A stretch of 64,000 nucleotides of DNA from Methanotrichaceae archaeon (GTDB taxonomy: Archaea; Halobacteriota; Methanosarcinia; Methanotrichales; Methanotrichaceae): assembly GCA_963748825.1 (NCBI GenBank), contig CAVVKN010000023.1, forward strand, positions 250,248 through 314,247, in the 5' to 3' direction. This document shows positions 11,031 to 21,249 of this stretch, piece after piece. Both the position numbers and the translations under genes were made by a program. The notes beneath the pieces are model-generated. The model had not been told where the DNA came from. It saw only the letters and a list, made by a program, of their open reading frames with translations, and did not search any database. How positions within the stretch are numbered: position 1 is the stretch's first letter; each line of letters starts with the position of its first letter.

Positions 11031-14000
11031 CTATTTCCCCCAGGCCTTCTCCACCAGCCCCCATCCCCTGTCCCTGGTGTAGCTCTGCAAGACCTCCTGC
11101 ACCAGAACCATGAACTGCTCCTGAGTCAAGCTAAGCTGTGCTGCCAGCCTCTCCACCAGCGGCTCGACATTCTTCACATCATCGCTCTTGATGCTCCTCA
11201 AGACTATGGCAGCCAGCGCCATGAGCCGCAGACCTTCCTGCATCTTATCCTGCTGCACGGCCAGTGCTCCGAGCTGGAAGAAGGCTCCCGCCTCGCCGGG
11301 TCTATCGGCCAGCTCTTGATTGATCCGCAGGGCTTTCTGGAAGCTTTCTACCGCCGTCTCTTTCTCTCCTGCCTGGGAATGGATCATGCCGAGGCTGTGC
11401 CAAATTGCGGCCTCGCCGGCCCGGTCGCCCATCTCCTGAAAAAGCGGCAGAGCCCTGGCATACTCCGCTCCTGCCTGCGGGAAGTCGCCCTTCTCCAGAT
11501 CGAGGCTGGCCAGGTTAAAGAGAGCAAAAGCAGCGCCCTTCCTGTCTCCGGCTTCCTCCAGCAGCCCCTGTGATCTCACGATTCTCTGGCGCGCACCGTC
11601 ATAATCACACCTGCTCATATCCAGGCGGCCCATCTCCTGCAAAGCCGCAGCCTCGCCCTTCTTATCTCCCAGGATCAACATGATCTCTACAATCTTTTGC
11701 AGCTTCTCGGCAGCAGCCACATTCTCGCCTTTTATCATGTCAAGGGAGGCTAAGCTGCTCAGGCTGGCCGCCTCACCCGAGGGGTCGCAGGCGTTATGAA
11801 ATGCATCAGCAGCCTTTTGCAGGCTAACTCTTGCCAGGTCGTACTTTTCCTGGTGCATGAGGGCCGTGCCCTGGCCGTGGTAGGCAGCAGCGTCCGGGGC
11901 GATTTGCAGTGCCCGACCGTACCACTCGGCTGCTTTTCTGTATTCGCCCTGATCCAGATGGGCCTTTGCGATCCAGAGCAGCGGGTACTGACGATTGCTT
12001 GTCCAGATCCAGTAGTTCCTGATTAAGCCTTATCAGCTCATAGTAGTAGCCGCGTCTCTGCAGATAGCCGCTGATGCGGGCCGTCACATTGATGGCACTG
12101 CCTAGATCCTCCGCCGCCAGATAGTGACCGCGCGCTTCCAGCAAGACGTCCAAGCGGGAGAGCCCCAGCTCTGCAGAGCGCCCGGCCTCGGCCAGGTTTC
12201 TAAGAAATTGGCCGGCCGCCTTTTGCGCGGCGTGCTTATCCTCCGAACCTAGAGCCGCCAGAAGTGAGGCACGAATGGTTGAGGGCAGCGCCCACAGCGT
12301 TCCCGCGGCGTACGCTAACGAGAGAAACTGCCACGCGCGCCGCGTTGGCTTTTGCCTGATCTTGCGTCAGGCCCAAGACGGCTGCCAGGCCGTCTGGGCT
12401 CATGGCAATGTTGTAGACCGCAGCCTGAGAGAGGGCATGAGCGGAGGCAGAGTCCAGGCGAGAGATGAGCTTGGCCAACGGGTCTTCATTGGCAGCGAGA
12501 TCTCCCAGGCCCAGGGCTTTACCTGTTTGGGCCAGGCGAGCCGGATGGCCCGAAGCGGCAGTTGTAGTGCGCGGCAAGAGCGGCATAGGTGATCTCGCCT
12601 TTTTTATAGCGATCCGCCAGGCCCCCGTCCCGGAGAAGATATCTAATGAATGACGCCTGGCCCAGGCCCTCCAGCTTCCACTGCCAGGCGCGGGCCGGCA
12701 AGGTCAGAGCATCAGCAGGCATTGCCCTGCAGGTGATGATGGCGCGCCCGGCAGTCATGCCTTTTAGCATCTGCAAGTAGAACTCGGCCAGATCCGGGTC
12801 GGAAATCTTTGCCGGTCTTGCCGTCCAGGTCCAGGCCGTCCCAAACCATCAGAATGCGAGAGGCTTTCAGCACTTCCAGCCAGCTCTTTAGCCGCTCCCT
12901 GACAGAGCGCAGCGGGTCTTTGAGGCTTTTTGCCGCGGCCTCTTCACCCATTTTGCTCAAATGGCCCACGGCTGCCTCCAGAAGCCGGGCGGAAGTTATG
13001 CGGTTATGCGGCGAGCTGTAAATGGGCAGAACGCTGTAGCCCGGCCCCAGCAGGCGGACGAGATGAGCAGCAAGCGCGCTCTTGCCGCTGCCGTCTGGGC
13101 CGGTGATGATCAGAGTCTGCACACCACCTTCTCGCAGGGCGGGAATGAGGCGCTGCAAATCCCGCCTCCGGTCCACAAAACACTCCGCCCGGCCTTCTGT
13201 CAGTCCCGGCAGGGCGAGCAGCTCCCGGCAGAGTGGGACCAGCGGCTCTGCAGCTCTCTTTTGGGAGTCGTAGATCTTCTGGCTGATCATAGATCGAGTA
13301 CAACGCAGGAACTGAAACAGGTTCCTGAGCAAAAGCCGCAGAAATCTCCCGGCGCACGGTTAGAAGCGCTTCATCCATTGATTGGCCGGCGGCCAGGGCC
13401 CGGTACAGGGGCTTGGCGGCAGAGGCAGGCGCATTCCAGGCCACGGCCAGAGGAATGCTCTCCGCCAGGCTCTGGCAGAGCAGATGAAGAGCTGAAGGCT
13501 GCTCGCTCTGGCCGCTCAGGATTATGCCCGCAATGCCGGAGCCCTTCAGGGCAGCGGCCAGCATCCTCTGCGAATCGCAAATCGGCCCGGCCCGCCGTTC
13601 CCTGCATAGAAAATGCCGCCCTGCCTCCGGACACTTTTCCCTGGACGGACAGGTGCAGCAGATGGGGCCCGAAGGTCTCTACCTGTTCCAACAGCTCCTC
13701 CCAGGTGCCGTCCTCGCTGATGGCGAGAGTCATATCCAAACCCTCTGATACCTCCAGGATCGACTGCTCTTCCACTTCATAGTCCAGAGGCTCGGCAGCT
13801 AAAAAAAGTACCCGCAAAGGCCCCGGCGCCAGCGTGGTCGTGGAAGCAATCGGACCGTCCGCGGTTCTGGGCAGGCGAATGATGCTGCACTCTTCACTGC
13901 CGCCCGGCTGACTGGAAAGAGGGAGCAGCTCCCAGGGAAGCTGCAGCACCTCCGGGATGGACGAGGCAACCGTCAGTCGTGCACCTGGCTGAACCATGGC

Positions 14001-14259
14001 ACTGAAATCCTGCCAGCCAGCCTCCAGGAAAAGATGAAATAATCCGTCACGGAGGATGGGCAGATAGCTTTTGGCTGCCGCCTTGCCCGTGCCCTGCAAA
14101 AGAGAGAAGTACTGAGATGTCATCTCTTGAACCTGCTGAAGTCTGAACCGGCGTGAGGGTTCTCTCCGCTACGATATTGCCCTCGATTTGGATTTTATAG
14201 GCAAAGGTCCTGGCGGCGGCAGTTCCCGCCTCCCATACTGTGATTGTGATATTTTGCAT
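11031..14259 (-). pseudogene. CHAT-like domain + P-loop (STAND-type) ATPase + TPR protein, split by about 7 frameshifts
   Basis: Consecutive overlapping ORFs carry LPWELL and LRVLF (CHAT), FVDRRRDL, GPDGSGKS, LMVWDG and MalT-type TPRs (GDRAGEAAIWHSLG). Confidence 0.8.
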
Positions 14260-14296
14260 TTTTGTTTGTCCTCCTATTTTATTATTAAGATCATAT

Positions 14297-15187
14297 CTAT
14301 TTCAAGGCGGTCCGGGCCTTCTTCTCGCAATAGTCCTTGGGCTCCAGATGCACGACCACATCCCTGACCCCAGAGACCCTGCTCTTTATCATGCTCTCCA
14401 CATCTTCGCCCACTTTATGAGCATCATCTATGGAAAGCGACGAATCCACACCAATATGCAGATCCACATAGATCTCCGCTGCCATGCCGCGGGTGCGAAC
14501 GCCGTGACAGGTGCAAACGCCCTTTACTGACTTCACCAGATCGACTATCAAGTTTTCTTCGACCAGAGCTTTATCCAGCAAGACCTTGGAGCTGTCTTTT
14601 ACAATTTCCAGGCCAGTTAATAGGATCAGGCCGCAGATAAGCAGAGCTATGACCGGATCGGCCAGAGGATAGCCCATATTGACGGCAAATAGTCCCAGAA
14701 TGACGCCAAGGGATGCGAAAATGTCGCTTCGCGTATGCAGGGAATCTGCTACCAGGATGCTGCTCTTCAGCCTCTTGCCCAGGATATATTCGTAAGCCGA
14801 GACGCCGATATTTATGAGCAGGGTTATGCCCATAACCGCGAAAGACAGCTCGGTTATCTGGGGTAGGGAATGGCTATTCAGGCGATTTACGGCCGCCAGG
14901 ACCAGTTGAATCGAGCTGGCAAATAGCAGCACGGCTATCCCCAGAGAGGCAAATGTTTCAAACTTGGCATGGCCGTAGGGATATTCCTTGTTGGGAGGGC
15001 GGGCCGCCAGGGAGATGCCAACCATGCCGATGATGTTGGATAAGCCGTCGAAGAGAGAATGCAGGCCGTCTGCGCTCATGCTGAGCGAATTGGTGAGAAG
15101 GCCATAGCCCAACTTGGCCAATGCGGTGGCTATGTTAATTACGAATATTATTATCAGGATGCGCCGAACCGTCTCATAATAGGCCAT
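14297..15187 (-). CDS. Cation diffusion facilitator family transporter (FieF-like)
   Basis: ADGLHSLFD, YPYGH, ADSLHTRSD, DPV and C-terminal HLEP. Confidence 0.93.
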   Translation of the reverse strand: MAYYETVRRILIIIFVINIATALAKLGYGLLTNSLSMSADGLHSLFDGLSNIIGMVGISLAARPPNKEYPYGHAKFETFASLGIAVLLFASSIQLVLAAVNRLNSHSLPQITELSFAVMGITLLINIGVSAYEYILGKRLKSSILVADSLHTRSDIFASLGVILGLFAVNMGYPLADPVIALLICGLILLTGLEIVKDSSKVLLDKALVEENLIVDLVKSVKGVCTCHGVRTRGMAAEIYVDLHIGVDSSLSIDDAHKVGEDVESMIKSRVSGVRDVVVHLEPKDYCEKKARTALK

Positions 15188-15239
15188 CACGATAGATATG
15201 CAGGGGAAGCGATAAATAATTATTTAGCCTGGCTGCAGA

Positions 15240-15531
15240 ATCGCCTTCCTGATCCTGAAGCGGGACAATTCTGATCTGATCGATTTTTGCCGGGAGAAGG
15301 GACTGATACTGCAGTTCATCGAGCTACTGGACCAGCGCCACCGGGGGCTTTCGGGCGACATCGACGCCATAGAGCGCCGCCTGGCCACGCGGGCGGAGCG
15401 CGTACGCACGCGGGAGATGCACCGGCGCAAGAAATACTTCCTGGATGGAGCAGAGGTTGAGGTGGTGCGGCCCATGGACAACACCGAAGTTTTGCGCCAA
15501 CTGCACGCGCTTACATGTGAGCTCGGACGCC
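15240..15531 (+). pseudogene. C-terminal fragment of a MoaA-type radical SAM enzyme
   Basis: QFIELL...HRRKKYFLDGAEVEVVRPMDNTE, then after a frameshift FCANCTRL-x-VSSD; no N-terminal half. Confidence 0.8.
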
Positions 15532-15614
15532 GGTTCGGCTCAATTATCCCGCTTTTTCAATCCTGGTGGCTCTCAACCGCCAACTACAAATATCTATAAC
15601 GATTATATGAATAG

Positions 15615-16072
15615 TTTGCCGCTTCATGCCATTGAATAGGGTGGCGGGCGTGCCGTGGGCTTAACGTATCTGATGATGCTCTGATGACAAGGGTGTTTGC
15701 TTCACCATGAAGCAACATGCTGCCAGCTCCTAAAGGCTGGATGGGCTTGATCCCTTGGTACAGGAGATGCATGCCGTCGTGGCACTGCATTTGGCTACGG
15801 GCCTGTGAGGCTGATATTTCGGCGGGCTGAAAAAGTTGCGCGCTGTAACAGGCGCAGTAATCCGCCGGATCTCACGCTAATACACGGTCGGGGCATGAAG
15901 CGGCACAAGTCAGAAGTCGAAGGCGAGAGGGCGGGCACGAGGCCCCATGAGAACGGGTTCCCGTAAAACGGACGCTGTGTGAGATTCCAGCGCTTGTGCC
16001 GCCTTCGAAGCCCGGTTTAAAGTCGAGCTTCGGGCAGGGTCAGGCCGTCACTTCGCGGTGATTGGCTCCTCC
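15615..16072 (+). ncRNA. Candidate large structured non-coding RNA of unknown class (strand tentative)
   Basis: Perfect 14-bp long-range stem 15617-15630/15892-15905 and about 10 further stems; no credible ORF; AT-rich TATA-like sequence just upstream. Confidence 0.5.
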
Positions 16073-16609
16073 TAAAAGGACGCTGTGGATTGGCGCTGGC
16101 CCGCCTGGGACTTGATATCTCTTTCTCTTGATGATTTCTCTCTTGGGTGGAGAATGGTCTTTTCTAACTTGAAGCGAAAGCCTTTTATCTCGGCAATTGA
16201 CGTATAGTGTATTGGCGAAAGTCGATGGCTATTTTTCCCTCCTACATCCAATTGACTTTCTCCTCCCTCCTTCTTATCCATCTTTCATGAGATCCTACAG
16301 CATCCTGCCTCCGCTTTCTCAAAGAAAGACTTATAGCCTGACTCGTCCTTATTCTCTCCAGAACGCCAGCCATTAGGAGGAGAGAGGCAATAAGTCGGAG
16401 CTATGGGGCTTGAGGACTGGCCAGGCCCGCAGCTCCATTTATCTCATTCAGCATAATCGATTTTATGGGCTCGCTACTTTTCTGATAGGAATGCACATTA
16501 CACGCACCACGTTATACAATCATTCCAAACATTATTTATAAAACTAATAATTTAAATTTAGGAGCGACCGGATTTTCAGGGCTTATCTCCTGCAAGGAAT
16601 CCGGGCAAC

Positions 16610-16750
16610 TTAGACCGCATATACGCCTCTCGGCGGTGGTTGGGACTGACTTTGAGGTATATGCCCGTTGTGGCCAGGGACGACATGCCCTAGCTGGTCC
16701 TGTAGGTTGCCCACAGGTACGCCGCTATCCAGGCTCCAGACGGCGAAAAG
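16610..16750 (-). pseudogene. Tyrosine recombinase C-terminal remnant
   Basis: FAVWSLDSGVPVGNLQDQLGH, then after a frameshift LATTGIYLKVSPNHRREAY (LGH...TT-x-x-Y catalytic end). Confidence 0.8.
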
Positions 16751-16973
16751 GAAGACCTCATTACTTTTAAGCGTACGTGGTCGTCGTGCCAATGTATATG
16801 CAATGTTAGTATTATGGCCTAGAACTACTTGCTTCTTTTCAAGCAGAAGTCTAAGATGTTTATAATTGGGTAAAAATTTGAGGCTGTCATCACCACATTA
16901 TCAACGAGATTAGCATTAGGTCTCCCAACACCTTTATTAATCAAGTTACCATTTCCAGAAGGAGGCTTGAATT

Positions 16974-17717
16974 ATGGAATTCCTTGACATTATGAGCATC
17001 TCACACCGCTATATGGAGATACTAAACCCTTCCACGCCTGAAAAGATCATCAAACTTGGCAAATTACTCAAATTGAAAAAAGGAAACCGGGTCATTGACT
17101 TCGGTTGTGGTTGTGCCGGACCCCTTACTCTTTGGGCTGAGGAATTCGGTATTACTGGTATTGGAATAGATATATCCGAGGATTTCTGCGACAGGGCTAG
17201 GCAAAAACTGGCTTCGAAAGGTTTATCGGACCGAATCGAAATCGTTTGCTCCAATGGGGCTGATTACGTATTCGAAGAAGGGGTTTTCGATGCCGCAACA
17301 TGTATTGGGTCAACGTTTATTTTTGGCGGCTGCCAGCAGACAATCCAAGTACTGAAGCGAGCTGTTCATCAGAATGGACGCCTTGGTATCGGTGAAACCC
17401 ACTGGCTTAGCAATCAGGTACATCCGGTATACGCCCAAAAACAGACAACTACCCATACAGAAACGGAACTAACTCAATTTACCCGGGATGAAGGCTTTGA
17501 ACTCGAATACATCATTCGTGCCAGCTACGACGACTGGGACAGGTACATTTCGGATGGTTGGTATGGACTGATACGTTGGCTCGAAGAAAATCCCACCCAC
17601 ACTGACTATGAACAGGTATTCAAGCATTTCCGTACTGACCAGGATGATTATTTACAGTTCCAACGCCAATATATGGGTTGGGCCATGTACTGCCTCGCTC
17701 CCATGAAATCTCGTTGA
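16974..17717 (+). CDS. Class I SAM-dependent methyltransferase
   Basis: VIDFGCG, GIDIS and FDAATCIG motifs. Confidence 0.9.
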   Translation: MEFLDIMSISHRYMEILNPSTPEKIIKLGKLLKLKKGNRVIDFGCGCAGPLTLWAEEFGITGIGIDISEDFCDRARQKLASKGLSDRIEIVCSNGADYVFEEGVFDAATCIGSTFIFGGCQQTIQVLKRAVHQNGRLGIGETHWLSNQVHPVYAQKQTTTHTETELTQFTRDEGFELEYIIRASYDDWDRYISDGWYGLIRWLEENPTHTDYEQVFKHFRTDQDDYLQFQRQYMGWAMYCLAPMKSR

Positions 17718-18220
17718 CATGTAGTCATCTATGAAAATATTTTTTATTGACACTGCTTAGGCACACTTGTATATGCTACCACCCTAGAGCAGACGTCTTA
17801 AATTTAAGTATTTTTATATAATAATTTCCCGAATAAAATAATTTCCAGCCAAGTTTATTTGTATTGGTCTTCTAGAATATTATTTCCGCATGCTAACCAT
17901 GAAACTAGCGCGTAGAACCATACTTATCGAGCAGACTGATGTTGCGCGGCGGATTTTATTTTTGATTTTTGTCGCTATGGGTTGCGATTTTCCGATAACG
18001 GGCAATTGTCGATAAATCATTCCATGGTGTCCTAGAATGATAATTTGCCAGAAGCGAATTTGTTACCATCCAAGCCAAAAGAGAAAATTGGCTGGAAGAT
18101 TTGCAGGTTATACGCACATCTCTTCTTATCGAGACGCTCTTAGATCCATGCACTCACCGGCCAAACCAATAATCAAGCCTCTTTTAGATCCGTGCATTCA
18201 CCGGCCCGAATCCATGCAGA

Positions 18221-18547
18221 TCATACGCCTCCTTCACCAGGGGCCAGCGCCACGGTGGCGTAGATCTCCGTCGTGGACAGCCTCTTTGTGCCCCCACCCG
18301 GCTTCTGGATCATGGGCACCGGCACGCCTGGCATGAGCGCATTCACCACATGGCTGTGGGGCGTGACCTTCCTCCTGGAGAGCTTCTGCCTGGGCGAGAT
18401 CTCCTGGATCCCGACCTCTTCTGCCAGGCGGCCCATGGTCCGGAGCACCGTCTTGGTGCACAGGTGTCCCGAGCTCCGGTCAGGGAAGAGCCACACCTGG
18501 CCGGGCTGCAGGCTCTCCCTGATGACCTGCAGAGTGGTCTGGCTCAC
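18221..18547 (-). pseudogene. Tyrosine recombinase (XerA/C-like) remnant
   Basis: WLFP...KVTPH (LRH deleted) SHVVNAL-x-x-GVPVPMIQK, with frameshifted GHKRLSTTEIYA. Confidence 0.8.
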
Positions 18548-18625
18548 CCGGGCGGCCCCGCTTCACAGATCAGATTGCTAGAACAAGCAAGAAGCATAAT
18601 AATCTTCAAAATATCTACCGGGAAT

Positions 18626-19565
18626 TCAATCCATCCCTCCTATCCTATGCTCGTACCCCCTCGCCTCCACCCGTCTCCTCTCGCCTCCTTTCTCCATCCA
18701 GATCCCCGCCTCCACCACCTCGCCAATCACCGTCAGCTCGCAAGCTCGCCGGGCAGCCTCCAGCATCTCCGGCCTGACTGTGAACACGAGCTCGAAGTCC
18801 CCGCCCGCGCTCATCACCATCTCTAGCGCCTTCTCCTGCCCCACCATCTCAGCTAGGCCCGCGGCCACAGGCAGCGCCTCCTCCTGCACCACAAAGCCCA
18901 CCCGGCTCACCTCGGCGAGGTCGGAGAGTGAGAGCGCCAGCCCGTCGCTGTTGTCCATCATGGCCGTGACCGCCCGACTTTTGGCTAGGGCGCGGCCTTC
19001 CTCAAGACGCGGCTCGGGCTCCAGCAGTCGCGTGATGAAATCGCTCTCCATCCCGTGCTGCCAGGCCCACAGGCCCCCGCCCGCGCCGCCCAGCGCGCCC
19101 GTGGTGCAGAGCAGATCGCCCGACACGCGCGCCCCTCCTCCTAAGCACCAGATCCTTCTCTACAAAGCCCAGGGCCGTGCCGGTGATGGTCAGCTCCTGG
19201 TGGCTGTCTGTGTCGCCGCCTATGATTCGTGTGCCGTAGTAAGCGGCGCAGTCTCCGAAGCCCGAGAAAAGCTCGTCGATGAAGTACAGGTCCGCCTCTG
19301 GCGGCAGGCCCGCCGCGATGAGAACGCCCGCTGGCTCTGCGCCCATGGCGGCAATGTCGCTCAGGTTCACAGCTACCGCCATCCAGCCCATCTGCCAGGG
19401 ATTCATGATATCGGGAAAGTCCGTTTTCCGGTGCAGCATGTCCGTAGTAGCTACCAGATAGCGCTCGCCTGCATCAATCACGGCACAGTCGTCGTTCTCC
19501 ACACCGCCCAGGATCTCGGAGATGCGCCGGATCAGCTCTCTCTCACCCAAAACATTTCCCGACAT
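18626..19565 (-). CDS. thiL: Thiamine-monophosphate kinase, single frameshift near 19120 (probable sequence error)
   Basis: DDCAV, NLSDIAAMGA, IIGGDT, then GDLL, MMDNSDGL and GGDFELVF in the second frame. Confidence 0.9.
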
Positions 19566-19639
19566 GAATGCCTGCCCGCCTTCTTCTTGCTGAATCGATC
19601 AGAAGGCTAATAAATTTTGAGACTATTACTATCAATACC

Positions 19640-20578
19640 ATGCCCGATTACAAAAGATTATTTATTCCTGTCCTGGCGCTCCTCCTGCTCCTGCCGCCTT
19701 CTGTTGCCGAGACACGGGTCTGCTCCGAAGGGTGCGATTACACTGCCGTCCAGGCAGCGCTCGATGCCGCCTCCCCCGATGACAAAATCGTAGTGGAGAG
19801 CGGAACCTATCGCGAATCGCTGATGATCAGCAAGAATGTAAACCTGCACGGCCTGGACACTGGCAAGGGAAAGCCCGTGCTCGCACCGGAAAACGGGCGG
19901 GTAATCCTGGCCGCCCTAGGCGGCGTCTTGCGGGGCTTTGAGATCGGCGGGCCGGTCGGCTCGGATGAATCCGGTTCAAATGCTGGCAACTGCACAATAG
20001 AAGTCGTCCTTCCCGCCGGCATTTACCTCAATGACTTTGCCGGCAAGAAGAGCGTCTGCCCGGAGGATGCCACTTCCTGGAATTCCAGTGATGGCATCAA
20101 CTATCAGTTCAACAGCCGGGTGCTGCGTAGCCGCCTGGGAAACTACTGGGCTGACTACACAGGAAAGGATGAGAATGGTGACGGAATTGGCGACCAGCCC
20201 ATGGTCCTGAACGAAAAAAATATAGACTATTACCCCCTAATACTTCCTGTGGACAGCTATCGAATACCTGATGAAAAGGAAACGAAAGTAGAGCTTATTC
20301 GCGCCAAGGTGAACGAGCCCTTCACCATCTCTTTGCCGGCCAATCCCTCTACAGGTTATGAGTGGAAGGTAGATTATGATTATGTCCTGCTCAAACAGGA
20401 GAGCGCCCAGTTTGAGAGGGCCTCCGCAGAGACAGTGCGCATGGGCGCTGGGGGAACTTCCGTCTTTGTCTTCACGCCCATCAAACCTGGCAAGAGCACC
20501 ATCTACTTTGTCTATAAACGGTCCTGGGAGAATATTGTAGCCGACACGAGATCCTTCCATGTGGAGATAACTGCCTGA
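19640..20578 (+). CDS. Secreted NosD/CASH-like protein with C-terminal chagasin (I42 inhibitor) domain
   Basis: Signal peptide, Q-x-A-x-DAA...GTY-x-E, GNYWADY-x-G-x-D-x-NGDGIGD, then NPSTGYEW...GAGG...YKRSWE. Confidence 0.85.
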   Translation: MPDYKRLFIPVLALLLLLPPSVAETRVCSEGCDYTAVQAALDAASPDDKIVVESGTYRESLMISKNVNLHGLDTGKGKPVLAPENGRVILAALGGVLRGFEIGGPVGSDESGSNAGNCTIEVVLPAGIYLNDFAGKKSVCPEDATSWNSSDGINYQFNSRVLRSRLGNYWADYTGKDENGDGIGDQPMVLNEKNIDYYPLILPVDSYRIPDEKETKVELIRAKVNEPFTISLPANPSTGYEWKVDYDYVLLKQESAQFERASAETVRMGAGGTSVFVFTPIKPGKSTIYFVYKRSWENIVADTRSFHVEITA

Positions 20579-20710
20579 GCTGACGGGCTTTTATCTCCAA
20601 AAAAATTTATAGAACTAGCTCTTAAAGTTTATCAAATAGAAATATCCCACGGGCCCTAACCGGGTGAAAGCTGCTGGTTTGAGCTTTCGGAAGAGGTGAG
20701 GTGGATCTTC

Positions 20711-20956
20711 ATGTTTGGCATATTTTCGTTTATCGGCTGGCTGATCATAGGAGCTATCATCGGCTGGATCGCAGGAAAGGTTTGGATGGGCCACGGCTTC
20801 GGCCTGATGGGAAACATAGTGGTCGGCATTGTGGGCTCCATAATTGGCGGAGCACTCTTTGGCGGGCTCTTGGGCACGTCCGGCATAGGTGGCTGGATTA
20901 CATCCATCCTGGGGGCCATTGTACTGCTAATTATTGCGGGATTTATTAAGAGATAG
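20711..20956 (+). CDS. GlsB/YeaQ/YmgE family membrane protein
   Basis: IIGAIIGWIA...GNIVVGIVGSIIGG glycine-rich transmembrane pattern. Confidence 0.9.
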   Translation: MFGIFSFIGWLIIGAIIGWIAGKVWMGHGFGLMGNIVVGIVGSIIGGALFGGLLGTSGIGGWITSILGAIVLLIIAGFIKR

Positions 20957-20967
20957 GGTATTTGACC

Positions 20968-21249
20968 ATGGCTGAGATAGGACGGTTAAGGAAAAACGAA
21001 ACCACTGAGGTTGTGGTACAGAAGACCGAGTTTCACGGCTCAGTGGGAATAGATGTCCGCGAGTATGTGACCAGTGAGAGATACACGGGCTGGTCCAAGA
21101 ACGGAATCAGAATCCCTGTGGAGAAGTGGCAGGATTTCAAGGAGATCTTGGACAAAGTGGACAATGCAGACAAAGCAGATAAAGTGGACAAAGCGGATAA
21201 AGTAGACAAGGTGGACACGGTTAAAAAGGTGGACAGTGCCGAAAGATGA
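20968..21249 (+). CDS. PC4/p15-like ssDNA-binding protein with DK(V/A) repeat tail
   Basis: EFHG-x-x-x-IDVREY...KNGIRI; 9-bp repeats at 21150-21215. Confidence 0.8.
   Translation: MAEIGRLRKNETTEVVVQKTEFHGSVGIDVREYVTSERYTGWSKNGIRIPVEKWQDFKEILDKVDNADKADKVDKADKVDKVDTVKKVDSAER

Noticed and set aside
15670-15760. Hammerhead ribozyme suggested by CTGATGA
   Set aside because: The stem after CTGATGA is followed by GTAC rather than the required GAAA, and stems I and III could not be built.
15615-16072. RNase P RNA, SRP RNA or an intact group II intron
   Set aside because: No GAGGAAAGTCC or AACAGAA boxes, no SRP helix 8 motif, and no recognisable 34-nt domain V or intron ORF.
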